Part shown: piece after piece, positions 11,412 to 23,940 of the stretch
Numbering within the stretch: position 1 is the first letter of the stretch
How the letters are laid out: every line of letters starts with the position of its first letter
Translations under genes and position numbers: made by a program
The notes under the pieces: model-generated
Database searches by the model: none
What the model was told of the DNA's origin: nothing
What the model saw: the letters and a program-made list of their open reading frames with translations, nothing else
Assembly (NCBI GenBank): GCA_000934665.2
Contig: KZ538311.1
Coordinates: forward strand, 1-64,000
Reading direction: 5' to 3'
Source: Catajapyx aquilonaris
Lineage: Eukaryota
Length of the DNA stretch: 64,000 nucleotides

Positions 11412-12062
11412 AATTCTTCGTACTACCTGATTACATTTAATTCGTATTTATTAAATAGAATCGAGTAAATATAATACATCGCACCGGGAAATCGAAATTT
11501 TCCGCTTTATGTTCCCCATCAGTAATTGCACTCATATCTGTAGCTAGGTTCCATATTATGTTATTACACAGTATCATTAAACGTTAATTGGTTACATTGA
11601 ACATTATTCCATATCGCTGAGTTTTCTCTCTCATGAGTCGAAACTGGTAAGTATTTATTTGAATGTTATTCGAGCAGATGTCTGTTTGCTATTAATGAAC
11701 ACTGATTTTCGTCAATTAATGATTACAATTTCTTCCAACCAGAGCACGTGACCTGGTAAACAGGCCTCCTAAAAATGTTGACCGCAGCCTTAACCGTTAT
11801 ATGCTACTAATTTCTGAAAGGTGAAAAGAACTGCTTATTTTTCAAAAGCAGCTTTTCATCACCCATGAAAATGAGGCTGGAAAACGGGGATGCATCCTCA
11901 GAGTGTGTCATGGCGACTTCCATTCAACTTATTCAATTTGTATTATTTGTGACCAATCTTTAGGCGACTTCCCAGCCATTTTGGTAAGGAATTTTGGGTC
12001 CTCGTAAATAGTGGATATTAATTATTAAATATGAGATTATTTGAATGTATTTTTTTCCAGCC

Positions 12063-12809
12063 ATGGCCGTAGTAGACACCGGTTGGTTTGTTGTCCTGTT
12101 GCTTCTCCTGTGCGCTGCGGCTGCCAGGGAGGCTTATGAGACTGACTGTGGGAGCACCTTGCAGCCAGGGCAGTACCTGTGTCTTGATCTCAACATTGAT
12201 CCGGACACGCAGCAACCCAGGGGATGCACAACGGATAACAGGGCTAAAGGTGCGTCGTAATAATTGAACGCAAGGGTCGGTCGAAAAGGTTTGTTTCATT
12301 GCACTCTGAAGGGTCATTCAGATTTTGTGATAGGTGAATATGTATGGTTTGTATAATTGGCGTTAACTAATCATTGCAATTCTTACAGTGAACTGTACCG
12401 CATCTGATGGTATAATATGCAAAGAAACTGGGAACCAGACATTTGAGAAGGAAATTCCATGCAAATGGACGTAAGTCAGCTCGGAACTATATGTTGCATG
12501 TACGTCGCATTTATCCTGCAATTTTCTAGGAATGGATACTCCTTCGAGACGGCTCTTCTGTTGTCCATCTTCCTCGGGATGTTTGGTGCGGATCGATTTT
12601 ATCTTGGCTACCCAGCGCTGGGGCTGTTGAAGCTTTGCTCTTGGGGTTGTATGTTTCTGGGACAGCTGTTGGACATAATATTGATTGCCACCCAGGTTGT
12701 TGGTCCGGCGGATGGCTCCCATTATGTAATTCCGTACTATGGACCAGGAATTGAAGTCATACGGATGGACAATATGACCTACAGATTACCGCAGGACGAT
12801 TGGTTGTAA
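12063..12809 (+). CDS. TM2D1: TM2 domain-containing protein 1 (BBP-like), 182 aa
   Basis: Exons 12063-12249, 12389-12470, 12530-12809 with compatible phases. Signal peptide, Cys-rich LQPGQYLC...DPDTQQPRGC, TM2 motif NGYSFETALLLSIFLGMFGADRFYLGY and GPADGSHY. Likely non-coding exon ending ~11646 (GTAAGT). Confidence 0.93.
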
Positions 12810-13317
12810 GAGTGTTCGTGTGAGTGTGTGCATGTTTATATTGTAAATAGTGTGTAATTCTTAAGTGAAATACAATCTTAATGTGAAACCTGATAATGAG
12901 CCTGCAGTTTCTTTTGAGAAAGATTAATTTGTCAAGTGTGCCAGTTACTTGATCATTTGCATAGAGTCTGCTGCCATCACACATCCACCACCTTTACCTT
13001 CTCTCTTTTTGTCTCTATTTGTACACACCTTGAATCTCATTTATTCCACACACTGACCTATCAAGTAATAATATGTACTGGTCTTACATCTACCCTCTTC
13101 AGCCACATTGGGGTAATAACAAAAAAGGCGATAGGAGCAGCGCCCCTGCAAATGATCATTTATTTTATCGTAAGTTGTAATTGTATTGTAAGATTTCTCA
13201 TACCATAGGTTATTTTTGGTCAGAGATGAGTTCATTATTTAACTTATGTCGATCATAATTATGTACTGTACTATATTCAGATGAGAAGTTGCCTGAACGG
13301 TAAAGTGGGCTCTACAC

Positions 13318-13677
13318 TGTCGATCCAACTCGGAGGCATCGGACACCCTCTTCAGACAGAGGTCTGCTGTTCGATGTCCGATGTTCGATGTTCAAAGTTG
13401 GGGGGACACGTTCTTGCGCGTGGAGGGGGGTGGAGGGTGGGGGACAAGTTTTGGAGAGGTGGTGGGGGAGTTTGTTTATTATTTTTAGGTGGAGACAAGG
13501 TGGAGGTGAAGGTGGTGTGGGGGGCAACGAGTTCAACAGGAAGACCCCGCTAGCTAATCAGAGAGCCGGGATGAGTCGGACAGTGATTCACGCAGTCAGT
13601 CCGATGTCTTGCCCGCCCACTCTCCCGTCGGCGACCTGCCTAGATGACCTGAGCTGGCTCCGATGTTGGATCTGACA
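13318..13677. mobile_element. Possible degenerate MITE with G-rich interior
   Basis: TGTCGATCCAACTCGGAG versus CTCCGATGTTGGATCTGACA (imperfect inverted ends); no TSD seen. Confidence 0.4.
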
Positions 13678-13955
13678 CAGAATTCTATTTACACAAAAGG
13701 TTCGATGTTTGAATTCGTTCGAAGTCGGAGTCAGATCGACTGTGTAGAGCACTCACTTGAATCTCACTTGGCTAATAATCATTACTTTGTAAGTAAGTTG
13801 TCATGGATTCTAAAAAAGACAAATTATTGTGGCCCATTCACATACCCTCCATGGTCACTCCTCTGTGTAAAAAAATAACGGTTTGCAGACTTCAGGATTT
13901 CCCAACTGGCTAACAGCCTGTGATCAATCTAGCTGGGAAGAACTAGTGTCAAAAA

Positions 13956-16900
13956 ATGGAAGAAGTAATGGCTGGAAATAATCAGGTATAATATGTATTT
14001 GCTGTAGGAGATATAATATTTTAGGTTGACAAACTACGTTAAAACCATTAAAATATGACCTAAGTAATCTGAAAAACCAGTAATATTTGATTAATATGCT
14101 TACACTGAAACGTACAGGGTGAAGGGAAACTCACGGACAATCGCCAGGTAGACTGACCTTTGCTTCTTAGAAGCAGGCAGAACAGGCAGGCAAGTACTAT
14201 CAGTCTACCTGGCGATTGTCCGCGAGTTTCCCTTCACCCTGTAGAAGTGTACGAATGAAATGATTTCCTCTCAATGATATGCGATGTGTATTTTTTACCG
14301 AAGCAGGTTGGTGTAAGGGTTAAGGAGCCAGACTGCTAATCTGGAGGTCCTGGGATCAAATGCCGGGGCCGGCAACTCTGACCGTGGTTTTCTGTGGTTT
14401 CCCACGGTCCCTCCAGGAAAATTCCGGAGTTGTTTCCGTAATTAACAGGCCACAGCCGCTTCCTTCCATCCCTATCCCTTCCCAAAAAGCGAAGCAAAAA
14501 GTAAAAAAGCAAAAAGTTCCTGACAAAAAAAAAATGGGATGAACATACTCCCCCCCCCCCCCNATACATACATACATACATACATACATACATACATACA
14601 TCACGGCATAATCCCATAAATGGGGTAGCTAGCGACGACTAGTTTCTGCCTAGCCGTCTCGTATGACCATTACAATGAATCTTCCGGTGACTGGTCAGGC
14701 CACGCAGAAGATATAATGAGTTTGGTGATGATGAAATCGGTGATATGAACACATACACATACAAATACATAAACATACAATGTAAAAAGTATACAGTATG
14801 GAGACTATAGGCCGCCCACTGCATCCCATCAGCGACGGTGTTATTTGGCACCAGGTTGTCATCTTGCCAGCGAGCACCCCTACTTAATATTATTGATGTG
14901 TATTTTTTCTATTTTAGATATAGGGTGATCCAACTCTATGGCACAAACAGTTATTGGAAAAATCGCGCAAGCTGCTTGTTTATAAGCAGGTCATTGCTAA
15001 GAGATACTTTCTGGAGCATAGGGAATAGCACCTGCTGATATTAGGTCCAATGCCCATGTAACAATATTAATGAGGGAAAAAAGGGTCCTCCGTGGGAAAC
15101 AGGCCTGTTCTGATGTTCGCTGGAGGGTTTCACATGAGGTCACTAGCTGCCAAACCAGAGGCCTAATCCGTCGGAACTGGACAGACCCGGGTGTGTCAAT
15201 AAATAGGCCTTCTGGTCTGTTCATTGTTGGCCGCAGTTGGCGCAACTGAGACAGGTCAACAGGCAGCGCGTTGTTTAGTTACCAGTCTTAGCATCTTCTG
15301 CTGATGTCCAATTAATGAGAGAATGCCCAATGCAGACTGTACTGTTAGAATCCTAGAAGCCCTTGGACGGCCCTCAAACAGGCCCCCTGAGTAAGGCATG
15401 TCCTGACTCTACAAGAACTGTTTATTTACTGGTAACTAAACAACTCGCTGCCTATTGACCTGTCTCAGTTGCGCCAACTGCGGCCAACAATGAACAGACC
15501 AGAAGGCCTATTTATTGACACACCCGGGTCTGTCCAGTTCCGACGGATTAGGCCTCTGGTTTGGCAGCTAGTGACCTCATGTGAAACCCTCCAGCGAACA
15601 CCAGAACAGGCCTATTTCCCACGGAGGACCCTTTTTTCCCTCATTAATATTGTTACATGGGAATTGGACCTAATATCAGCAGGTGCTATTCCCGATTCTC
15701 CAGAAAGTATCTCTTAGCAACGACCTGCTTATAAACAAGCAGCTTGCGTGATTTTTCCAATAACTGTTGGTGCCATAGAGTTGGATCACCCTGTATTTGC
15801 CGTTTTGTTGCATCAGTCATCACAGTGCTGTAATTGTAAGCTTAATCAATTACATTATTTATTAATTCAATAACTGAACACTTTTCCCATTCATTTTCAG
15901 ATTGTGGCCAATTTCCACATGCTGCCAGTGGAGGTCAAACTGAAGATATTTTCTTATCTTCCCAAGAGTGACCTGATGATGAGAACAAGCTTGGTCAGCA
16001 AACATTGGAAAAAGTTGTCGGGAGATTCAAGCCTGTGGGAAGAGATGGAAATTAAATGCTTGAGCTTGCCATCACTGAATGCTCATCGAGTCATGGGAGG
16101 GAAGGTCCAACTGAGAAGGTTGTTGATACAGTTTGGATGTGCAGATGCCATTCTACTTGAAGTAGCAAACACCTGCCCTAAACTTCAGGTGGTCATACTC
16201 ACAGATGCTGTCATTAATGAAATGGTAACACTTGATACTCTAGTACAGAAATGCACTCATATTAGGGATATTGACGTCCGAGAATGTCTGTTGCCAAGAG
16301 GAAGCAAGAGCCTCATTGACATTTTCTCACAATGTTCCCAATTACAGCGTCTGACCTTGCACAATAACAACTGGAGCCAAGCCCCTGTGGATATATCAGT
16401 GCCACGTCATTGGCCTGAACTCAGAGAGTTTTGCATAAGTAAATCAAACGCTAGCAGAGAATTTCAAGTAGTGCTCACCAGTTGCAGCGCCCACCTCACA
16501 AAGTTGGACATTGGATTCAAGCTGACAGATCCAGACCTGTACTCACTTCTGGCTGACTGCCACCAACTAAATGATCTCCGCCTGAAGTACTGCCTCAATC
16601 TGACAGATAAGCAGTTCAACTTAGGCATTGGGAGACTCTGTCGCCTCCGTCATCTCAGTATTGTCGCAGCAAGTAGCCTCACAAGCAAATGTCTCACGGA
16701 CTTCTTCTCAGTACCCGAAAAAGCACGGCATATTGAGACTCTTGATTTGAGTTTCTGTAAGCTTGATGACAGTTGCCTTGCTGCCATTGGCTCCCATTGC
16801 CCTGCACTTACCAAACTGAAACTAATATGTTGCACCAAGACATCTATTGAGGGCCTGATAGGCTTGGTGAAAAAGTGCATTAACTTGAGGTTTTTGGACA

Positions 16901-17016
16901 TCAGGGGATGTCATCAGCTCTACATGTGTAAGGAAGTGCCAGAGCAGTTTAAAAGTTTCAGTCCTCAACTTGAGATAAAGTACTGGTATGAAGGAGCCCA
17001 CATTTTTGAGTACTAG
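13956..17016 (+). CDS. F-box/leucine-rich-repeat (FBXL-type) protein A, ~381 aa
   Basis: Probable first exon 13956-13985 (MEEVMAGNNQ, phase 0) plus 15901-17016. F-box LPVEVKLKIFSYL...SLVSKHWKKL; Cys-containing LRRs such as IETLDLSFCKLDD and LRFLDIRGCHQL. Confidence 0.88.
14115..14241. mobile_element. 127-bp Tc1/mariner-type MITE
   Basis: TA|CAGGGTGAAGGGAAACTCACGGACAATCGCCAGGTAGACTGA ... TCAGTCTACCTGGCGATTGTCCGCGAGTTTCCCTTCACCCTG|TA; 42-bp TIRs with one mismatch. Confidence 0.9.
14297..14600 (+). mobile_element. tRNA-derived SINE
   Basis: A-box-like TGGTGTAAGGG, stem-loop CCAGA-CTGCTAA-TCTGG, B-box-like GGATCAAATGCC, a body (GTGGTTTTCTGTGGTTTCCC...GGCCACAGCCGCTTCCTTCC), an A-rich tract and an (ATAC)n tail. 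Confidence 0.75.
14921..15793. mobile_element. 873-bp foldback/MITE with ~366-bp near-identical inverted arms
   Basis: Arms at 14921-15286 and 15428-15793, TA flanks, termini (C/T)AGGGTGATCCAACTCTATGGCAC. Mirror ORFs 14997-15245(-) and 15469-15717(+) are almost identical. Confidence 0.93.
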
Positions 17017-17464
17017 AGTCTGACGAGGAAGAGGAACCTGGAATAATTGTTGACGTCAAGGATAAGTGAACAGTTTCATTACATTTTAGCATACCTGTGA
17101 GAATAGTTAGTTACTCGCAAAAGAAATGCTAGCAGTTGTAATTTGTGTATTATAATGTTGGTTGTCACTCAGAATTATGAATAAAGACTTTGATTTCCCT
17201 ATAAAAACAGTGTGATCCACAAGTAGTTCCCACAACTTTTTTCACCCACCAATAACATTATACATCATTGACTTGAATAGTCATCATTTCACTGATATTT
17301 TACAGTAACAATTGGTGGCCGTTATTACATTTGTTATTGTGTGACAATAACCTTTATTTCCTCCATGACTGTCATCCTACCAGCTGTGGGAACCATGGTT
17401 GCTACATGTTGATGCCATTAATTGTTGAGGAATATATTTTGTGAACATGAATGTAGGATACAAT

Positions 17465-18769
17465 ATGGATCATGGTGACAATTTCAATACCCGCAAGGTC
17501 TTGAACATCATGGTAAGTAAAAAAATTAATGCGTACCACAACTATTGTAGTTTTGATGAAGTTAGTGTGCCTTATTTGGCGGAGTTATTGAGCACTTATA
17601 TTTTAATGAATTTACTATTGCAGGCTAACAAAACGACATTCTCGTCTCTTCCTGACGAGATTAAACTGAAGGTCTTTAGCTTCCTGTCAGCTCAAGATAA
17701 GCTGCTGACCGCTTCCCTAGTGTGCAAGAAGTGGCATCATCTCTGCCAAGACTGGAGCCTCTGGAGGCATCTGGAGCTTCGAGGCTGGAAGCTCACCATC
17801 CCAAAGGCGATCCAGCTGGTGAAGAACCTGCCCCATGTCAGCCGCCTCACCTTAAATTGCTGGTTTCCGCATCAGAACGAATCGATTTTGGCAACCCAGA
17901 ACGTGGACGACGTTTTGCAAGCAGCCAGTACTTCTTGCACCTCACTGGAAAAGCTGCATCTGGCCTGCGCGAACATAGCTCAAGAGGAAACCCTGGAAGA
18001 TCTGGTGCAGAATTGTCCAGGGCTGACCGAAGTCACGGTCGAGTACTGCAGGCTTCCTGGAAACGGATCACACTTGCTGGACACATTCTTGAGGTGCCAG
18101 AACCTGAGATGCCTGCAGTTCAACTTCAACAGCCCGCTGATGCTTCAGTTCGACGAGAGGACGATGCACAGAAGGTGTCCTAAGCTGACAGAAGTTGCAG
18201 TCACCAGCACCACAACGGATGCTGAGGTTGGTGCTGTGGTTGCCTGCGTCGGACCACAGCTGAAGGCGCTGCATACTTTCTATCTTCACAACCCGGAGTC
18301 GTACCTGCTGCTCACGAGGTGCCAGAATCTACGTGACCTGTGTCTGACTGACGCAGTGTCCATGACCAACGAGGGGCTGCTGAAGGGGGTCGGATCTCTG
18401 CACCACCTTCATCGATTGGTTATACTCATGGCGACTTCCTTGACTGCAGATGCCCTCATCACCTTCTTCTCCAGGCGACGAGTGGTGGGTCACCTACGAC
18501 ACCTGGATATGGGAGGGACACGCCAGCTGAACGACGAATGCGTCGACGCCTTGGTCGACAAAGCTTGTCTCTGCCTGACCTACCTGGACATCGGATCCTG
18601 CAAGGTCACCAAGTGGTGCACCTTCCTGAACCTGGCCACTCGATGCCGTCAACTGACGGACCTGTACGCCCAGGAATTGCTCGGGTTGCGTTTGGAGGAC
18701 TTTGACCTGCAGCAGCTGTCGCAAGTGCGGCCTGGACTTGTCATTCACGATGAGGGGAACGAGGAGTAG
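17465..18769 (+). CDS. F-box/leucine-rich-repeat (FBXL-type) protein B, ~397 aa
   Basis: Exon 17465-17512 (upstream in-frame ATG at 17447) plus 17624-18769. F-box LPDEIKLKVFSFL...SLVCKKWHHL; LRRs LRHLDMGGTRQLND and LTYLDIGSCKVT. Confidence 0.9.
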   Translation: MDHGDNFNTRKVLNIMVSKKINAYHNYCSFDEVSVPYLAELLSTYILMNLLLQANKTTFSSLPDEIKLKVFSFLSAQDKLLTASLVCKKWHHLCQDWSLWRHLELRGWKLTIPKAIQLVKNLPHVSRLTLNCWFPHQNESILATQNVDDVLQAASTSCTSLEKLHLACANIAQEETLEDLVQNCPGLTEVTVEYCRLPGNGSHLLDTFLRCQNLRCLQFNFNSPLMLQFDERTMHRRCPKLTEVAVTSTTTDAEVGAVVACVGPQLKALHTFYLHNPESYLLLTRCQNLRDLCLTDAVSMTNEGLLKGVGSLHHLHRLVILMATSLTADALITFFSRRRVVGHLRHLDMGGTRQLNDECVDALVDKACLCLTYLDIGSCKVTKWCTFLNLATRCRQLTDLYAQELLGLRLEDFDLQQLSQVRPGLVIHDEGNEE

Positions 18770-21700
18770 ACTTCATAATAATCAACACAGTAGTGTGTAA
18801 CTTGGAATAACTTATTTAGGCTTCGACGATATGCGGTCTCTCTAATCTAAAGCTGCAGTGTACAATAGGGAGTAACCATGCGCAGGTTATCGCAGTGCTC
18901 CCCTTTTGAGATTGATTGTAACAGTCAATGTAGAGTGATGTAAACCTTGATGGTATGCTCCCAATATTATTCCCAATAAAATGAAGATATAGGAGAAAAT
19001 TTTCCATTATTTTAAAAAAATGAAAACGAGGCAAATGAAGGTGGCAAGAAAGCGAAACGTGTCTGATCATTAATACTGTGGGCGTCATTTTTATCCAGGA
19101 AACGATTTCCCAACTTTTACACTATTATAATTGATAGTGCGAGCCGTGAGTCAGACGGGGAGAAGTTATTAATTATTTGTTCCAACAACTAGTGTAAAGT
19201 CTCGCTTTTTTTGTCTGCAAAATCAGGACTATACTCTCAATACTCATGACAATCCGTTTCTTCTTCTTATTTTTTCACCCTTATTTACAACTGTTTTCTT
19301 CAAGCTACTCCATACACACTCATTGGATCAAATGCAGTGTGAGTATTTTTGGAGGCACTTATATTAACCCTTCTGAATATTAATTCTGAGCAACAAATAT
19401 TACTGTGCATGAAGTAATTACCGTTAGGCACACTGTATATGCGACTAAATAATGCAGCAAACTGTAATGTGCTGGACAAAATAATAGTGAGCAGCTTTTT
19501 GCATTCAGCATTGTGTATACTCCATGGAGCATATAAAGGCAGCTCTTCGGTTTTCTTATGTGGAGCCTACATGACGGTTGACTTGCTGCAATGAACAGTA
19601 AGGCACTAGTGTAACGGAACTATAGTGAGTACTCAGCTACTTTCCACATGATTTCGCAATATCGCGCACACGACTAGAAACGAGGCGTATTGACTTATTT
19701 ATTGCCTTCATGCTCATGCTCATCATGTAATTTCTTTGAATTATTGCGCGAGTTACTGGTGTTACTCGCATCTTCAGTTTTTAGCAATTCTTAACACACG
19801 GGTAGCTTTGTATGAAAACATCAACAAAATACAGTATGACACGTCCATTTCGTAACATACAGCCTATTTAAATATTCAAAAAGTCATTCTAGCTTGCTGG
19901 CATCTGATATTTTTACCGGCCAGATTCCGTTTACATATAAATTGCCAAGTGAACAAGTTGGACAACGAAGAACCATATGGCTTACCTGCGTCCCATTTGT
20001 CATGTCACACCCGAACAAATGAGTCGTTGAGTTGCTTGTGTAAAGAACCGTAAAGTGTGTACATCCGGAATTGTAGCACATTCTGATTGCAACACTAAAG
20101 AAGCCTGCGCAACCAATAAATAAATTCGGTCATCTTGGAGACCATGCTCAGACTAATCATAAATAGTTTGCTATACATTGTTGTTCTGAGTTACATATTT
20201 AATTTCAAAAAAAAGTGCAGGGAGAGTCTGGTTAAGGAAGGATGCAAAAAAAAGTGCTCAGAGAACAATCCGACATCCGGAAAAAAAACTGGAACAAGGT
20301 TTAAATTTCCTGCTTCCTGGAAAAAAAATTTTTTATACATATTACGCGGCGAGTTTTCGAGTACAGCGATGGGTACAAAGATATGTACCCGGTGGCAAGG
20401 AGAGACTTTTTTTTATTTTATATATATAAAAAAAGCTCACAAAGGAAAACTCATCGGGCGAATAGGTGGCTACGTTTCTCACGACATGTCTTTCTGAGCG
20501 AGACAAGAGAAGAAAAGTGGTGGTGGTAACGCCTCCTGCTGCTTGTTGCATAGTCTGCTGGCTCAATCGCAAAACCTACAAGGAAAAAAATATATATAGG
20601 ATTTTATAGGCCGACGCAGAAAGGCGTTACCGACGAGTAGAGAGAAGGTATACGATTTACGGATCACTTGCTGATCTTGGCCTTATACCGCACCAAAAGA
20701 CGTTCTTTGATCCAATTTTCAAGACGAGCTGTAGCCTAAGATTTTTTTTTTTGGTATATCGCTGTTGTTAATCAGTGCTTTACGACTGGAAAGGAATGAG
20801 CTTTTCTGTTCCAAGGCAGATGTTATATCAGAGCCGTATCAAGTTGCTTGGAATTTCATTAAAAATACACACTACGATGGGTACATTACATGCTGAGGGT
20901 GGCGAATTGCCCATATTTTGTATATAAAGAATATGAAGGAAGAAGAGGAGAAAATAAATGTAAAATTACATCAGAAGTTATAAACATAAAGCATAAAATA
21001 TGCTGGTGTAGTTTTAGAGCAAAACAGCAGGAATATTTTGATAAATATTTGCTATAAGTTAACATTTTCTAATCTTGGACTGTGGAGTTGGGCAGTGCAT
21101 CACACTGTATAGTAGCCTAATATTGCTAATGTTGTTCATCAGTGCATATTAAAAAACTGGCTTTCTATTTAATAAATTGGGTGGAGTCATTACGCATTGT
21201 TCGAGTAATGACTTTAAAAAAAATTCCAGGTCGGACGAAACGGTTAGTTCAGATGCATGAGCTCCTCTCATTGCTGGTTACAAAATTTTTGCATATTTGT
21301 ATACCCGGCCGAGAGTGTCCAATTGCACCCCCCACTTTCCGCCACTCTAATGAATCCGCATGGTGTAATTTCAGATTCCGGAAGCCAGGCCAAAAAGAAT
21401 GTCCCTTTTTTTTCGTATGTGCACACACACACAACGCAATTTGGCCGAAGAAAGTCTCCGAGAAGGAAATGCAAATTGGCCTGGCATAACCACTATCTGA
21501 AGAAAAAAATAAATACAAATTCCGGTATAAGTAATTATTGCAGAATAAGACTAGTGGAATATATGGGGCATGAGCAAGATGAGCGCATTATCATGTGATC
21601 GACGACAATTGCGCGAATTAGAGATGGTTGTGTCCTAGGACAAGAGGGCCTTCCATCAGCTCCATGATAACCAGGGCTTGAAATGCTCCAAAACTTTCCC

Positions 21701-22196
21701 GAGAGCCCCGTGCTCTGTGAGGCAGGACCAAAAGGAGCCCATGTGTGCCTTAGTGGCACCTACTACCCCTTTGCGAGTTAGCTGTGTGCATTTAGTTGTG
21801 CCACGTACGTCACGCCGGGGCCCTACTTTTTCCCTTCTTTTCAGTTCCTCAAGAGTGGCTCTTGCTTCTGCTCGGGTTTGCAAAAGCTCCCAACAAGAGA
21901 GGCTTCTTTCACTCTGCCGGTCTCCTCCCTTCTTTCTTCTTCTTCTCCTGGAGGACCGAGTCTTCAGTCACAACTCGAGGACCCCCCAGCAAACATCCTC
22001 TCAGTGGTGCCCCCCCCCCTCCTCATATAACAGTGTCTCTCCTGGCTGTATATATAAAGTGATATCCCATTTTTGTGCATTGGTGAGTCCATCTCAACAG
22101 CGTCTGTTGGTGACGCAAAGTGACAGATGGTCACGAGCATGAAGTGACGGTAACGGTTTCTGTTCGCAGATGTCTGCACAACGAAGTTAGGACACT

Positions 22197-22239
22197 ATGA
22201 GTCATCCGGGCTGTACGTTCCTGGTGCTCCTCATATTTG
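22197..22239 (+). CDS. Candidate first coding exon (signal-peptide start) of the giant ChtBD2 gene
   Basis: Acceptor TTCGCAG at ~22169, then MSHPGCTFLVLLIF and a phase-1 GT donor. It needs an unidentified intermediate exon to reach the phase-0 exon at 28117. Confidence 0.45.
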
Positions 22240-23854
22240 GTAAATATCTCTGTACTTTTTATCACATTAGAAATAATCTAACAAATTAATGCTTAGCAAG
22301 TAAACTGTGGCGTTTCATCCTGAGAGCAATTACAAGTGGGAACAATTTCCGTCACCTGCAATTGGTGCCAAGAAGTAGCGGAAGAGGAACTTGGGTATTG
22401 CAACAATGGAAACTAACAATTATAGTGACGTCAGCACCAAATGGTCAATAATAATAAAAAAATTGTCATCTTATCATATGTCTAGTTCCATTGATAGACA
22501 CAAAATATTCGCAAGAATATTCAAGTAGAGGAAGCCTATTATAATTATGTTGAGGTCTATATTTAGCAATTCAAAAATAATAACAGCTTCATGTTACATT
22601 GTAACACTCTCCTGGGGTGTAAAGAGCGAGCAATTTGTCTCTGTTTGCCCACAAGAGAAAATAATTAGCACCTCGCGTGATTGATTATAATATTTTCTAG
22701 CCTAGTTGAACAGTTAATCGCCGCCTTACTTTTTTTTCTCCTTTTAATAACAGAGGAAATTAACGGTATTGGCCACGCAAATGCTTCCGGAACATAACTT
22801 TCTCGCTCTCTTTTCATGCATCCAAATCGCAAGGTTTGACAGGCGGGCCTAGACACGAACAAAAACAAGGGTTGGACATTGAAGGAAGGGGAAAAAAAGT
22901 TGGTGAAACCTCAAGATCCGTACCGGTACCAATGTTATTTGCAAAAATTATCAAGCTGTATGTTCCACTGACCTATCCAATTCCTGTTAGGTTTTTCCGA
23001 AATTCTTTTTGGACATTCGGTCATGGAAGGTAGGTTAGGAGTGTTTTGTTCCTTAATGAATAACAAAAAGAAAAGAAAAGAAATAACAATAATGCATGAG
23101 ACCCGATGTAATTCCCCGTGGTGACCAACGTTCGTCCTTCACGGACAATGCTTTTCTGAAAGCCAACTTGGAATTGGGCCGGAGCCAAAGAGGAAAATAA
23201 GGGGAACGGAGGATTCTACTTATGCCGTGTTCTACACTTCCAGAAGAAGAGACTGGCAACGAAAAAAAATATACTCAACCGCACATTTTTTTCTCTCCCC
23301 CAAAAAATGGAACCAAAATGATGATTCTCAAGGACTGAACTAATCGCAAATTTGTCACTGTCCAGTTTGTTTGTGCTCAACAATAGTACCCCCATCACGG
23401 TCAATACCAATTGTTGCGTAAGGAGTCATAATGACTTTATTGTTCTCATAATTTCCTTCGGAAGAACCACTTTCACTGCTGACTGTACAAGAGTTTTGGT
23501 AGAGACGATTCCATTCCTCAAGTATCCTCAAGAGGCGGGTATCTTCTCGCCCAGGATTTCCTGCCCAAGCAAAAGATGGTCCTAGAACTTTTTAGAAATC
23601 TCTCTTGTGTTTGGAGCGTTACTCGCAAATACAATCGGCGGAAATGATGGAAAACTGAGGTCACATAAGAGTTACTGTGGAAGGGAAAAATAATATTGTA
23701 TTCTCATCTGTTGTGTATTGTTGCACCTATTCGTTTGATAATCGTGGTTCAACCCTTGGGAGAAAAAATATATGTCCTAACCAGTTGGCATAATATTCCA
23801 AGGCCTTGATTTTTATCTGGAGGTGTCTTGGGTGGTTAGGTCCATTATTGCATA

Positions 23855-23857
<3 letters not shown>

Positions 23858-23933
<76 letters not shown>
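23858..23933. repeat. (CT)n microsatellite
   Basis: Perfect dinucleotide run of ~76 bp. Confidence 0.99.

Positions 23934-23940
<7 letters not shown>

Noticed and set aside
14297..14372. tRNA-Ser(GCT) gene
   Set aside because: Acceptor and T stems are degenerate, there is no long variable arm, and it continues into a SINE body and tail.
14997..15717. Two nearly identical 82-aa ORFs on opposite strands
   Set aside because: They are the mirror arms of the foldback element, start at TTG and show no protein motif.
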